DNA from: Amphiscolops sp. MND2022
Lineage: Eukaryota
DNA: 64,000 nt
NCBI GenBank assembly: GCA_964187785.1
Contig: OZ076413.1
Span: 42,906,001 to 42,970,000, forward strand
Direction of reading: 5' to 3'
The position numbers and the translations under genes are program-made. Of the stretch, positions 13,990 to 25,675 are shown piece by piece (positions within the stretch are counted from its first letter, which is position 1; each line of letters opens with the position of its first letter). Below the pieces are notes generated by a model, which had not been told where the DNA came from, made no database searches, and saw only the letters and a list, made by a program, of their open reading frames with translations.

Positions 13990-14345
13990 CCAGTTAAGAC
14001 CCGCCAGTTCCACTCAACCACAAAATTCAAATGCAGTTCAGATTTTCTCGGAAAGACGAAGTAGACAACTTCAGACTAATATCAGGCCACTGCAAATTAA
14101 ACGGTTTTCTCTACAAAAATTGGAAAGCACCCTCTCCAAGATGCACTTGTCGTTTTAATGAAGAAACAGTGGATAATTTCTTACTCTTCTGCAACATGTT
14201 CAATGAGCATAGAGAAAATAGGCAAATTCGAGGCACCCTGACGGAAGCTTTCCAAAACAAGAACTTGACTGACTTTATCAAAGAAACAGAACGGTTTAAT
14301 TGAACTCATGAGAACTTGCGTCATCTCATCTTGTTTGAACAAGTA
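13990..14345 (+). pseudogene. 3' remnant of a LINE ORF2 (C-terminal zinc finger)
   Basis: 'RLISGHC.LN..LYK...SPRCTC..EETVDNFLLFC'. Confidence 0.75.
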
Positions 14346-15588
14346 ATATTGTTAACTGCACGCAAAAAGGATGTATGTTAGAATTATATATATTAGATCT
14401 TTTTTCCTTTAGATCCTACGCGGTGGAGCTCTCAGGATCTTGTGTGAAAGATGTCCAGTTTGTAGAATTTGATGATCCAGTTTGTAGAAAAAAAATTCTA
14501 CAAGCTGGACCACCTAGGATTTGTATTCTACAAGCTGGACCTTATTCCTGCGAAACTAAAACCTTTCTGAATATATCCTGGATACAACGGTTAACCAATT
14601 CGGGTAGCTGCGCTATATATTTATATTGTTTCAATTGCTCAGACAAAATTTATATTTTGAATCAGATTTTCACTATTAATAGTAGGAGACTCTTTTGGGA
14701 CACGAACGCAAGGATACAATTCCCGTCATTTTCAGAGCTTCAGTTGTTTGGTCTGTGGGTTACAATATCCGTTGAATTCCTTTTTCATTTCCACATACGC
14801 CCATGTGATATCTGCAATTGCAAAACGTTTCTGATGCGATGTATGTTTACACTTGCGATAAGCAAAAGTTAAGGGAAAGTGCGGGTGCATTTTTCCGGGC
14901 GACAACTCTCTCGTTTCGGCCCGCAAGTCGCATAGTTCGTGGTCTAGTGGTAAGATGCTTGCTTTCCAACCCAGAGGGTTCGCTTTCGAACCCGTGCGTG
15001 TGCTAATTTTTTACAAGTATTCCGAAGCAGAAGGATCTCACTGTTTTCGGCACTATGAGACTCCCCCCTTTTCGGCTTTGTGAGACTTTTTTTTCCGAAA
15101 ATTTTTTAATGTCTCCAAACGAGTCCTCCTTTCAATTTGTTTGATATTTTGCAACAGAATGATTGTTGAAAAATCCCAAAGGGTCCTTTTTTTAGATTTT
15201 TCGGCGTATTAGACTGTTAAATTTTCTAATTTTTTGTTTTTTTTTCGAAAATTTATTAAAGACTACAAAGAGTCCCCTTCATTTTTTTGAAATTTTGCAA
15301 CAGAATGGATGTTAGAAAATTTCAAAGGGCCCCCCTTTTACAGTTTTCAGCATTGTGAGATTTTTCAAAAGGTATAATTTTCGTCCTAAAATTAGGTTTT
15401 CTCAGGCCCAGCACGCTATATCCGATTTGTTTTTTTTTTAAAAAAAACCGGTGTTTTTCCTATGCGACTTTTTCAAAATTGGTTTTCATTGAATCCCGTT
15501 GCACCAAGAGTGCTGGTCGCTTCTCACGTCATGCTACTATAACAACGGCGTTGTTAGTGATAAGTCGAATGATTGGTGAGATTAAATA

Positions 15589-15669
15589 AGCCATTTGGTC
15601 TATGGGTTAAGGCGCTTGACTGCTAGCTAGATCTGTCTTGAAATGCAGTTTCGAGTCCTGTAATGGCTA
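15589..15669 (+). ncRNA. tRNA-Ser(GCT)-like sequence, copy 1 (LINE 5' monomer)
   Basis: Acceptor stem AGCCATT/AATGGCT, A-box-like D arm, CT-GCT-AG loop, TTCGAGTCC, followed by TTTT; anticodon stem imperfect. Confidence 0.6.
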
Positions 15670-15730
15670 TTTTCTCACAATCATGTCGAGCTTGGGTTGT
15701 TATACTGGTAGCCATTACATAAGTGGCTTG

Positions 15731-16078
15731 GGGTGGCTGTAAATAGTTCGAATTTTTCTGGTCGAAAGGACAGAAGTCGAGCCTTTTGATCGAATTGCAG
15801 GGATCGAATGGAATGCGGTCGAATTTATCGTATTTGTTGTATGGCTCGGTCGCTTCGCTCCCTTCGCCAAGTAGCAACATTGAGGCATGGCCATATGGCA
15901 CGTCGCTCCGCTTCGCTTCGCTCCTGCATTCAGGGCACTAGGGGTATGTGAACATATCTGACTACGTTATAAAAGTTTCGATCCGAGTTGTTTCGATCCC
16001 ATTCAAAAATTTGGTATGTCGACCTGAGGACTAACTCTGATTTTCGATCCCGTTCCTTCGACCTATTTCCGCCCACCC
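15731..16078. mobile_element. MULE-type MITE
   Basis: Imperfect TIR GGGTGG..AAATAG / CTATTT..CCACCC; perfect 9-bp TSD AGTGGCTTG; second copy starts at 20182. Confidence 0.9.
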
Positions 16079-16203
16079 AGTGGCTTGAATCCTCAGTTGT
16101 GTTGTGTTCAACTGGGAGCTGTGTGGCATCAGCTTCAGTTAGAAGGGAATAATATAACAACGGCGTTGTTAGTGATAAGTCGAATGATTGGTGAGATTAA
16201 ATA

Positions 16204-16284
16204 AGCCATTTGGTCTTAGGGTTAAGGCGCTTGACTGCTAGCTAGATCTGTCTTGAGATGTAGGTTCGAGTCCTGTAATGGCTA
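16204..16284 (+). ncRNA. tRNA-Ser(GCT)-like sequence, copy 2
   Basis: Perfect 7-bp acceptor stem, D arm, long variable arm (ATCT..AGAT), GGTTCGAGTCC B box, TTTT directly after; anticodon stem imperfect. Confidence 0.65.
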
Positions 16285-16319
16285 TTTTCTCACAATCATG
16301 ACGAGCTTGGGTTGTTATA

Positions 16320-16860
16320 CTACTCTCAATTCTCTCATGAAGCAGACGTTGGGATCTGTCGACTTGCCTTCAATGCTCGAACCGCGTGGACTGTACCGAA
16401 ATGATGGCAAACGCCCGGACGGTGTTACCATGATTTCTTGGGAAATGGGTAAACAGCTGGTGTGGGATGTCACGGTTGTGGATGCTCTTGCACCCAGTCG
16501 CCTCAATCAAGCCTCTTTATGCAACCCGGGAACCACCGCCACCGAGGCTGAAGCGCGTAAAATTGAGAAGTATCGCGAATTGATAGACAATGGATACATT
16601 TTTCAGCCGGTGGCCTTCGAAGTACAGGGTTCTTTAGGAGAGAGCAGTGAACTTTTCATCACGCGTCTCTGTAAAATGGTCTGTCGTTCGCACGACGATC
16701 AACGAGCCGGCAGCTTTTTGAAGCAACGGATTTCAATGGCTCTTCAGATCGGCAATGTGGCCTGTGTTCTAGGAACTGTGAGCGACAGAGGTGCGTTCGA
16801 AGAAATTTATTACATATAGCCTAATTTTTTTTACCTTTATATCATAGCAGCTTTAAAAAA
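16320..16860 (+). mobile_element. 5'-truncated CRE-like non-LTR element (restriction-like endonuclease C-terminus)
   Basis: 'EP.GL.R.DGKRPDG..WDVTVVD..AE..K..KY..F.PVAFE..G..QRIS..LQ.GN' PD-(D/E)xK RLE signature. Confidence 0.8.
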
Positions 16861-17118
16861 TTTTTACCGGTCGACTGCATAGTGGCTGGTTTGAGTAGTC
16901 TGTTGGTTGTTTTTTTTTGTTTCTGGTATAATGGCTGGTATGGGGTCCCCTACTTTCGTTGCAGACCACGGGTGTGTCTTCTTCCCCCAACATGATGATA
17001 CCTAATTGTATCAGCCTAATTGTTGTGATAAACTTATTAAATAGTTTCAGAAGCTTTGATTAACATTGGTAACTGGACTGGGTCAGGCGACAACTACTCA
17101 ACTGACGTTTCTTAGACA

Positions 17119-18000
17119 ATGACTAGCTCCAAGAGGGCGAATCGAAACAACTCCAGTTCGAAGAAAGGACAGGGTGTGGTCAAAGAACAATGTTGCTCTT
17201 GTTACAAAGGTGATGAAGTGGGCGACGACTGGATTCAGTGTGACTTCTGTGACGACTGGTATCATGAAAACTTTTCAGGATTACCGGAAGTTATCATCAG
17301 TCAACTATCACAAGCTAAGTATTTGTTGTTCAGATGTTCTCTTTGTTTGGATAACAAAAAAGTTGAGGAAATAACACGAAAAGTTATAAAAGATACCATT
17401 CAAGAAATGCTACCTTCCATAATGAAAACTGCATTGGAACAACTTAACTTGGGTCAGTTGTCAAGGACAGTTACGGAACTAAAGGGTGAAGTTAAGTCAT
17501 TGAAACATGACCGAATTAATGACAAACCTCGTGAGAAAACGTTCTCCGAAGCAGTAAACTCGAATGATCCATGGTCAAAAACTTTTGGTGCTCATGTACT
17601 TCCAACTCAACGATTAGACATTGTTTTTAATGACAACTCATTGGTCTCTAGGTTGAAGCCAGTTCGCAAGAAACGTGAAGTAAAAATTGGGACAAGTGAA
17701 ATTGAAACTTTCAAAGGTGTTGAGAAGCCACCCCCTCGAAAACATATTTACATTGGGCCAGTATCTACGCAACAAGATATCGAAACAGTTCGTGATTACT
17801 GCAATGAAAAACAAATGGGGTTGCTCCATTTAAGAAAATTCTCAAATAAAGAGTCCAGATATCATGCTTTTCACTGTGTGTTTGAAATGAAGGATATAGA
17901 CTTAGAAGATCCATCCTTGTTGCCCAAAAATGTTGTCATTGGAAGGTATCGCCCGAATGATTCATCCCGGGAATGGTTGAAAACTTTACCAAAAAATTGA
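17119..18000 (+). CDS. LINE ORF1 with PHD finger, coiled coil and C-terminal RRM-like region
   Basis: 'CCSC..WIQCDFCDDWYH..FRCSLC'; intact 293-aa ORF. Confidence 0.85.
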   Translation: MTSSKRANRNNSSSKKGQGVVKEQCCSCYKGDEVGDDWIQCDFCDDWYHENFSGLPEVIISQLSQAKYLLFRCSLCLDNKKVEEITRKVIKDTIQEMLPSIMKTALEQLNLGQLSRTVTELKGEVKSLKHDRINDKPREKTFSEAVNSNDPWSKTFGAHVLPTQRLDIVFNDNSLVSRLKPVRKKREVKIGTSEIETFKGVEKPPPRKHIYIGPVSTQQDIETVRDYCNEKQMGLLHLRKFSNKESRYHAFHCVFEMKDIDLEDPSLLPKNVVIGRYRPNDSSREWLKTLPKN

Positions 18001-20685
18001 CAATCAAAAGGTAAGCCAGAGTTTTTAAAATGCTCGGTCAATAATGCTAGATCAGTGAGAAACAAGACGATGGAAATTAACTCCGCTATTCTATCCTCTC
18101 AGTCACAACTGATTACCAGTACTGAAAGTTGGATCCAAACAAGCGAGAACGATGATTTTCTCATAAAAGAATGTTTGCCTGAAAATTATATTCCGTTGTC
18201 CTTTCCCAGGGAGTTTTTGACTGGTGGTGGTATTCTTTTCATACATAGAATAGATATTTCTATTTCTGTTATTCAAAATCTATGCAACCAAGACTTCGAA
18301 ATTGTTACTTGTCGAGTACTTTCCTTGAATTATCCCATATTTTTTATCTGCTGCTATCGTCCAATTTCTGGAAACCTGCAACTCTTTCTTGAAGAGTTTC
18401 ATGGGTTACTTGTGAAATTTTCGTCTGAATACATCTTGTGTTGTGGCGATTTCAATATTCACGTCAATCGAATATGTCAAGTTTCGACCGATTTTAAAGA
18501 TATTCTCGATGAGTTTGGACTGGTACAGTCAGTTGAACTACCTACTTATAAAAATGGTAACACTCTTGATCTTGTCATTGGACCACAAAAGTTTGAAATA
18601 TGTCTTGTTAGTGTCTCCACATCGGATCACAATTGGTTAAATTTCGACTGCCTAAAACATCTGGAAAATAGTGAAAGATCCATTGTCAAATTCAGAATTT
18701 GGAAAAATGTTAACCTAGTAGATTTCAATGAAGATTGTTTTTATCACCTCTGGTCTATCGAAGGGTCTCCTCTGATTGACAGTGTCTTGGAAACCCTTCA
18801 ACCAATAAGTGACAAACATGCTCCAGGGATGGAAAGAGTTATTTCGAAACACAATTGCCCTTTTTACGATAATGAACTGAGAGCATGTAAGAGGAAACGG
18901 CGTCAATTGGAAAGATTGTTCAGAAAAACGCGGTCCACCATCAATAGACTACATATGCAAATTGCGACAGAAAACTACTTCAAGCTTTTTCATAAAAAAC
19001 GTTCGATGTTTTTGGAGAAGAAACTTATTGATGCTGATACGTCGAAACTGAAATTCGCGGCTATTGAAAACCTCCTTGGATCTAAGAAGAAGCAAACTCT
19101 ACCTTCGGTCTTTCCTCGTGTGAAATTAGCAAACAAATTTAATGATTTTTTCTTATCCAAAATTCAGAATATTCCTAAAAACATTCCGCCAGTTTTAGTA
19201 GACTTGAAATTCCCGGCCTCTGCAGACTTCCTGGAAACCTTTGAAAATGTTGATAACTTATATGTAGTGCTTGTTAGCAATCAAGTGTCGTCGAAATCTC
19301 AACCTAGTCAAAATGTGCCTTCCAAAATTCTGAAGAAAATGTCATTTTTCTATAACCAGATGTCTGAGATTATCAATGAGTCTTTCCTTAATGCCGCCTT
19401 CCCCACTGCCTTCAAACATGGGATAGTTACAACAATTTTTAAAAGCGGTGACATCGAAGAAATATCAAACTACAGACCAATCACGAATTTGCATTTCGCT
19501 TCCAAAGGTATTGAAAAGGTCATTGCTCTGCAACTCAAACGCTTTTTGGATAAACATACAGTAATTGACGAGCATCAATCTGCGTATAGGAAATATCATT
19601 CAACAGAGACAGCGTTATTAGACCTAACTTCAAATCTTTTATGGGGCCTGAACAACAAGAGTACATTTCTGGTGATATCCTTAGATCTATCAGCAGCGTT
19701 CGACACCGTGGATCATGTAATACTTCTGTCAATTTTATTTCAAATTGGGATTATTGGTCAGGCGCATTCCTTGATAAAATCCTACCTGAATGGCCGAACA
19801 CAATAAGTCCTTATTGATGGAAGCTACTCTGAGGATAAATCTATTGAAACAGGTGTTCCTCAAGGATCGATCTTAGGGCCAGTGCTCTTCATTCTATACT
19901 TACTCCCTCTGAGGTCTCTATTTAATGAATTTCTTGCTAGTTATCATATCTATGCCGATGACATAACGATTTACTTGGAATTTGATCTGGGGACAACCTT
20001 TGCCAATTTCTTGAAACATAAAAAAAATTGCCAGTGTTTTGAAACTATTAGCCGCCTTGAAATTAAAAGTAAACAGTTCGAAAACTCAATGTATGTTCGT
20101 TACGAATCAAAGAACTCGCCTTCCCGAGAGAATCACTATTGATGGGATCAGAATTGAGATTAAAGATAGTGTCAAAGTTTTGGTTGGCTGTAAATAGGTC
20201 AAATTTTTCTGGTCGAAAGGACTGAGGTCGAACCTTTTGATCGAATCACAGGGATCGAATGGAATTTTATCGTATTTGTTGTATGGCTCGGTCGCTTCGC
20301 TCCCTTCGCCAAGTAGCAACATTTAGGCATGGCCATATGGCACGTCGCTCCGCTTCGCTTCGCTCCTGCATTCAGGGCACTAGGGGTGTGTGAACATATC
20401 TGACTACGTTATAAAAATTTCGATTCGAGTTATTTCGATCCCATTCAAAAATTTGGTATTGTCGACCTGAGGACTAACTCTGATTTTCGATCCCGTTCCT
20501 TCGACCTATTTCCGCCGGGTACAAGACATATTGCTTAATTCCATATTGCTTAATGCCATATTGTTCAATTTTGTGGACATATTGCTTAATAATTTTTAAG
20601 CAATATGGATGTGTTTTCTTAATGCCATATTGCTTAATTTTGTGGACATATTGCTTAATAGTTTTAAGCAATTTCCGATTGAGTA

Positions 20686-21648
20686 ATGAGTGACACTTAT
20701 TGCACATTTGAGGACTACAGACCAGATTCAAGTTCGGATGAAGAGATTGGCCCGCCTCGGTTACACTTACCGACTGCGAGAACATATGTTGAGCCTGAAA
20801 TTTCAGATCCAGAACCTCTGGTTTCTGTGGAAAACATTGCCCAAACATTTGAAATTATTTCTGAGGCCTCCGGTAAAGCTAAGAATACTCTGAGTTCATC
20901 TGCAGGTTTTGATTTCACCAAAGTGCGTACCGTGAAGGGGACTACATATTGGCAGTGTTCGCATCGCAACCCTAATAAAAAGCAAAGGTGTCCTGCTACT
21001 GTTCGATCTAAGAATAACGACACTGAGTTTATCACTGGGAAGAAACCGCATAACCATTCACCTAATTTTTCCACGAAAACAAAGCGGGTAATCTACCGAT
21101 CTTGTAAATCCGAAGGCCTTCAGCAAATCTATAAATCAGCGACGACCATTGCCGAAGATGCTATTGTTAATGAATTTAATAATTGCCAATCACAGTCTCC
21201 AAATTTTCCAGTTCCAACTGCCGTTGCTAGAGCAGTGAATCGAAAGCGCAAACAACAAAGACCTGATGATCCAGTTGACTTGGAGTTTGAATTAGACGAA
21301 GAGGCGATGCAGGGGTTCGTTATTCGGGATACTAAGGTCGGGCGATTTCGGTTTATATTTTTTGCCACCCCTGCTCAATTACAATTATTCTGTGAAGCAA
21401 CAAGGTGGTATATTGATGGCACGTTCTATGTCGTGCGACGACCTTTCTACCAGTTACTTACTATTAACGCCTTTATTAAGAGTGGCAATGTCATGAAACA
21501 TGTGCCACTTGCTTTTATTTTGATGTTGAGTAAAGATGGGATGGAATATAATCGCGTGTTTGAAATCGCGTGTCTGTGTCGTCACTGCTTAATTATTGTG
21601 TGTCACATCTTGATAATTTTCATTTCGATGGTTAATGTAATGATTTAA
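20686..21648 (+). CDS. MULE transposase (FLYWCH + N-terminal part of the DDE domain), truncated
   Basis: 'YWQCSH..RCPATV..HNH' and 'WYIDGTF..PFYQLLTI..VPLAFILM'. Confidence 0.88.
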   Translation: MSDTYCTFEDYRPDSSSDEEIGPPRLHLPTARTYVEPEISDPEPLVSVENIAQTFEIISEASGKAKNTLSSSAGFDFTKVRTVKGTTYWQCSHRNPNKKQRCPATVRSKNNDTEFITGKKPHNHSPNFSTKTKRVIYRSCKSEGLQQIYKSATTIAEDAIVNEFNNCQSQSPNFPVPTAVARAVNRKRKQQRPDDPVDLEFELDEEAMQGFVIRDTKVGRFRFIFFATPAQLQLFCEATRWYIDGTFYVVRRPFYQLLTINAFIKSGNVMKHVPLAFILMLSKDGMEYNRVFEIACLCRHCLIIVCHILIIFISMVNVMI

Positions 21649-21649
21649 G

Positions 21650-24295
21650 CTGATGCTTCCTGGAACCTTTATACCGATGCGGATGTTGAACTTTTTACGG
21701 GAGCACCAAATCGAGGACATATACCTGTTTTCGCAGAATGGACATATATCAATAAATCAAAACCAGTGATTAAAAGACCTTGGTTAGACAAAGCTGACTG
21801 GCAAAGCTGGACAGAATTCATAGAGATCAAGATCAACTCAATAGAATGTAACACTGCCAGTGAACTCTGGAACGCGATGTTGGAAATTATTCAAGAATCT
21901 ACCGAAAAGTTTATACCAACTAAATATCTTAGCCCTCACAGCAAACCATTTTGGAATGACGAATTAAAGAAAGCCAGTGAAGATCTACGGTTACTAAGGA
22001 AGCATTTTCGGTTAAACTCGAATTACAGCAACGGTAATCGTTTGAAAATTGCGAAAAACGAGTTTCAAAATTTAATATCTAAATATGCCTCAGAATGGTT
22101 GAAATGCCAACTTGAAGAACTGGGACATAAAAGAGGCAAAGAATTCTGGAAGCGTTTCAAGCATCTGTACAGTAATGGTTCTGACAACATTGGACCAGTC
22201 AGAAATTCTCAACGGCAGCTAATATGCGAAGAACACGGGATTGCGTCAGAATTCAAGAGAACGTTTTTTGAAGCACACCATATGGGAAGTGAGTTATTTG
22301 ATGAGGATCCAACTAGAAATTGCGAGAATTTCACCTCACCAGACGAGTTTAAATTGCAAGCTCTTAATGCAAATTTCACAAATCGTGATTTGGATAAAGC
22401 TCTGCAAGAACTCCCCTCATGCAATTCGTTTGATAACGACGTAATCCACCCAAATATGCTACGACACTTTGGACCATCAATGAAGCTAGCTATCTTGGAG
22501 TTATTCAACGAATGCTGGAACAACGCTGAGTGGCTATGGAGTCTCTCCAGAATTAGCTTCTTGAGAAAACCCAATAAGGAATCTTATGACATTTGTTCAA
22601 ACTATAGACCGTTATCGATTTCCAGTCATATCGGAAAACTCTTTCAGAGAATGATTGACAAGCGCCTCCGAGCATACTTTGCCGATAGCAGTCTTATCGA
22701 TGAAGAACAGGAAGGATTTCAGCCCAAACACAGCACAACACGTTCGTTATATCGTATGCACCGTCTTTTAGAAGATGCCAAAAAGTCTAAACTTCCATCG
22801 GCCCTGTTTAACATTGATCTGGAAAAAGCGTTCGACAGCATTTGGATCGATGGTCTACTTTTCAAACTAAGGAAATCAGGAGTTTGCGGTAAAATGTACG
22901 ATATCCTGAAAACCTTCCTCAAACAAAGAGAGGCATACATTGTTGTTAACAACATTGCTACGGACAAATTCCATATTCCTGTTGGCTTACCCCAAGGTAG
23001 CGTGCTATCACCAATTTTATTTATTTTCTATCTCAGCGACTTTCTCTCAGAAGTTAGTACTAAATTCAAATTCGCCGATGACAGCTCAGCGCTGGTCTCA
23101 GCTCCCACCACACAAGCGCTCTCATTAGCATTGAACCAAATATGCGATTATATCCACAAACGGTGCAAAACTTGGAGGATGATGGTTAATGGATTAAAAA
23201 CAGAAATCCTTTTATTCAACTGCGATGAATCTGATCTGGGCTGCATTATCTTGAACTCACAGCAATGTTGTGTGAAGACGGTAACAAAGTCATTGGGACT
23301 GTTTATCGATAACAACCTGCAATACAAGGAACATACCTCAAAAGCAATCTCCAAAGCTCGTAAAAGTTGGGCGTTCATAAGAAGCAAATGCTGCAACAAG
23401 TGGGGTCTCTCCATCCCAACTAAGCTTTTTCTCTATAAAACTGTCATCAGACCCCAATTGCTATATGCGGCTCCCATTTGGGCACATAAAAATTTATCGG
23501 CACTGCAAAAGTTCCAAAATTCGGTGATACGTACTATATTCAGACACAGTTATTCGCCTAATATCAGTGCCTGCGAAGTACTCCTTGGGATCCCTCCGAT
23601 TGACATATACTGTTCAAGCATTGATGTAAAATTTATTCTTAAATCAGTTTATTGTGGAGACCATATTTCACAAGCCCACTACAATGGACTTGGCAACTTG
23701 AGAAGTCTGGCAAATATACTGGAAAGCAAAAAAAGGAGATACCAGCGACTAAATAACGAAATCGAATGTGCAAATTATACGAAAGAAAGTATTGATTCTT
23801 TTATTCAATCATCATGGAATAGTCGATGGAAAAGCACATTCAACGAATGCTCTCTGAAACAATTTGTTAAAGAGATCCCCAGCCACGGTGTCTACAGCCC
23901 CCTTACGAATGGAAATCCTTATCGTGCCAACAAACTGTGTGAATTGTTTATTGGTAACTCCTTGAAACTACCATATTACGCCTGGAACCTTAGTAAAATT
24001 GCCTCTCCTCTATGCACATGTGGAAAGGAAGAAGGTGATAGCTTGCATTATTTTTTCCGGTGTGCCAACAACGAACCAGCCCGCCCAAGCAACATAAAAG
24101 ATCTGAACATCTTCAACCCCGACGACTGTGCTACCCTTAAGTCCTTTATTTGCGAGACAGAAATCCTAGACAGATGAAAGTGACGTAGGCTCTCAGCCTA
24201 GCCATCAATGACGGGACCTATTTCGACTAAAGGACGCAATCATTGTCTATATCCACCCGCAAATAGGGGACTTTTTTAGATTTTATATATATATA
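21650..24295 (+). mobile_element. 5'-truncated LINE with a long open RT ORF (21766-24177) and (TA)n tail
   Basis: 12-bp TSD TAATGATTTAAG (21638, 24296); RT motifs GLPQGSVLSP, FADD; C-terminal 'CTCG..H.FF.C'. Confidence 0.93.
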
Positions 24296-24421
24296 TAATG
24301 ATTTAAGTACAATTCCTTTGTTTCTCTTCTCTTTGGTTCTAAAATCACTGATAATACATGTTTGTGGACTAACTTTGTTTTTATGAGCGTCTCTGAGGTT
24401 TCCAACTCAGTTCTGTACTAG

Positions 24422-24522
24422 GTCCATATTGCTTAAAATGATGTCCATATTGCTTAAAATGATGTCCATATTGCTTAAAATGATGTCCATATTGCTTAAA
24501 ATGATGTCCATATTGCTTAAAA
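24422..24522 (+). repeat. 21-bp tandem array (GTCCATATTGCTTAAAATGAT, 4 full copies plus a partial), MULE subterminal
   Basis: Seen directly; same core motif as the left TIR region. Confidence 0.95.
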
Positions 24523-25675
24523 AATTTTAAGCAATTCGTACATGGTCGATTTTTAAGCAATATGGCATTAAGCAATATGACTTGAAGCCATTTCCGCCCA
24601 CCCAAAATTTTGGGATTCACTTTGGATAACAAGTTACGTTTCTCTTCTTTCGTCAACAGCACATGTGCGAAGTCCTACTATCACCTCAGAAGGATAACAT
24701 CAATTCGAAAATATTTGTCTTTCGATCTCACAAAGTTATTGATTCTCACTTTCGTTATCAGTAGACTAGATTATTGTAACTCACTGTTATATGGTCCTCC
24801 GGACTACATGATTAAAAAATTGCAAAGAGTTCAGAATAGAGCAGCATGCCTCCTTTTTCACCAGAGAAAATCCAATGTTAACTTACTTTTGAATGAACTT
24901 CATTGGCTTCCTATTGAAAAAAGAATTAAGTACAAAATCTTATGCTTCGTATGCCGTCTTTATAATGACTTGCCTGTGCCTATTTACTTGTCGGTACCGT
25001 TTTTCAGGTATCAGCAACTATATGAGAAATTCCAGAGAACGAAAATGTACTGTCAGAATTACCAACAATACCTATGGAAAACGATGCTTCTGGGTATCAG
25101 GCGCTGAATTGTGGAACTCACTACCATGTGATCTTGCATTGAGCCCTTCATATGACACTTTCCAAGCACGACTAAAGACATACCTATTCTGAACGCTTTG
25201 AGTGTTAAAAAAGCGTCATTTACAACTTCTTCAACTTCATACACATGGCACTTGATTGATGACGAAGATCCATGATATCTGATAGAAAAAAAATTGAATC
25301 CCCTCAATTTTTTACAAGAAGCGAAAGTTTTGCGAACGTAATGGACTCGGCACTATGGCACTTACCGGAGACCTTCATCGAAAAAATTCGGTTTCTTCCT
25401 AATTTTCTTTTTTTAAATGTTTTCCGTTGAGAAAGATGTTTTTTTGCTGTTTCCAGTTGAAGAAGAATGGTTTTCGAGACTTATGCGTATTTTCGGAGCT
25501 GTAAAATTGATGAAATTTTAACAGTCCTCTTGCCCTTGGTTCTCTGTATGATATTGCTTATTTGGTTTTCTTCAAAAGTTCGCAAGTGTTTGCGAAGCAC
25601 GGCTTCGCCTGTGTTTAAAAATACCGGATGCGTTCATTACATGTACAATGGTATTTGCAGTGTTTCAGAGTAGTT

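Larger units (their letters stand above)
11108..14541. mobile_element. Outer non-autonomous TIR element (TCCAGTTTGTAGAA terminal repeats) hosting a MITE nest
   Basis: GGCTCCAGTTTGTAGAA at 11108 and inverted TTCTACAAGCTGGACC near 14497-14541; TSD not resolved. Confidence 0.5.
20517..24589 (+). mobile_element. Mutator-like (MULE) DNA transposon, internally deleted
   Basis: TIR GGGTACAAGACATATTGCTTAAT / ATTAAGCAATATGACTTGAAGCC; 9-bp TSD ATTTCCGCC (20508, 24590); CATATTGCTTAA subterminal arrays. Confidence 0.92.
20182..24603. mobile_element. Second copy of the 15731 MITE, inserted in LINE ORF2 and itself interrupted
   Basis: 9-bp TSD with one mismatch (CAAAGTTTT/CAAAATTTT); removing it restores 'DSVKVLGFTLDNK'. 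Confidence 0.88.
18001..25192 (+). pseudogene. LINE ORF2 (APE-RT), CR1/L2-like, with a stop, frameshifts and a 4.4-kb nested insertion (20182-24603)
   Basis: 'NNARS..TESW..GGG..YRP..GDFN..TLDL..SDH', 'NYRPIT..QSAYR..STETAL..DLSAAFDTV', GVPQGS, YADD; resumes at 24610 'LGFTLD..SRLDYCNSLL..LQRVQN.A..LHWLP'. Confidence 0.92.
15498..25292 (+). mobile_element. Apparently full-length CR1/L2-type LINE (with nested insertions)
   Basis: 10-bp TSD ATTGAATCCC at 15488 and 25293; short poly-A before the right TSD; ORF1 and ORF2 inside. Confidence 0.8.
14846..25616 (+). mobile_element. Helentron-type non-autonomous element (HINE/DINE-like) split by a LINE insertion at 15498-25292
   Basis: Sub-TIR ACACTTGCGA (14849) / TCGCAAGTGT (25580) followed by hairpin GCGAAGC-ACG-GCTTCGC and a T-rich end; internal tRNA-like segment at ~14929-15000. 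Confidence 0.7.

Noticed and set aside
14929..16284. Functional cellular tRNA genes
   Set aside because: Stems are imperfect and all copies lie inside mobile elements, so they are reported as tRNA-like only
24422..24522. Regular 21-bp array, superficially CRISPR-like
   Set aside because: No unique spacers and no cas genes; it is a MULE subterminal repeat
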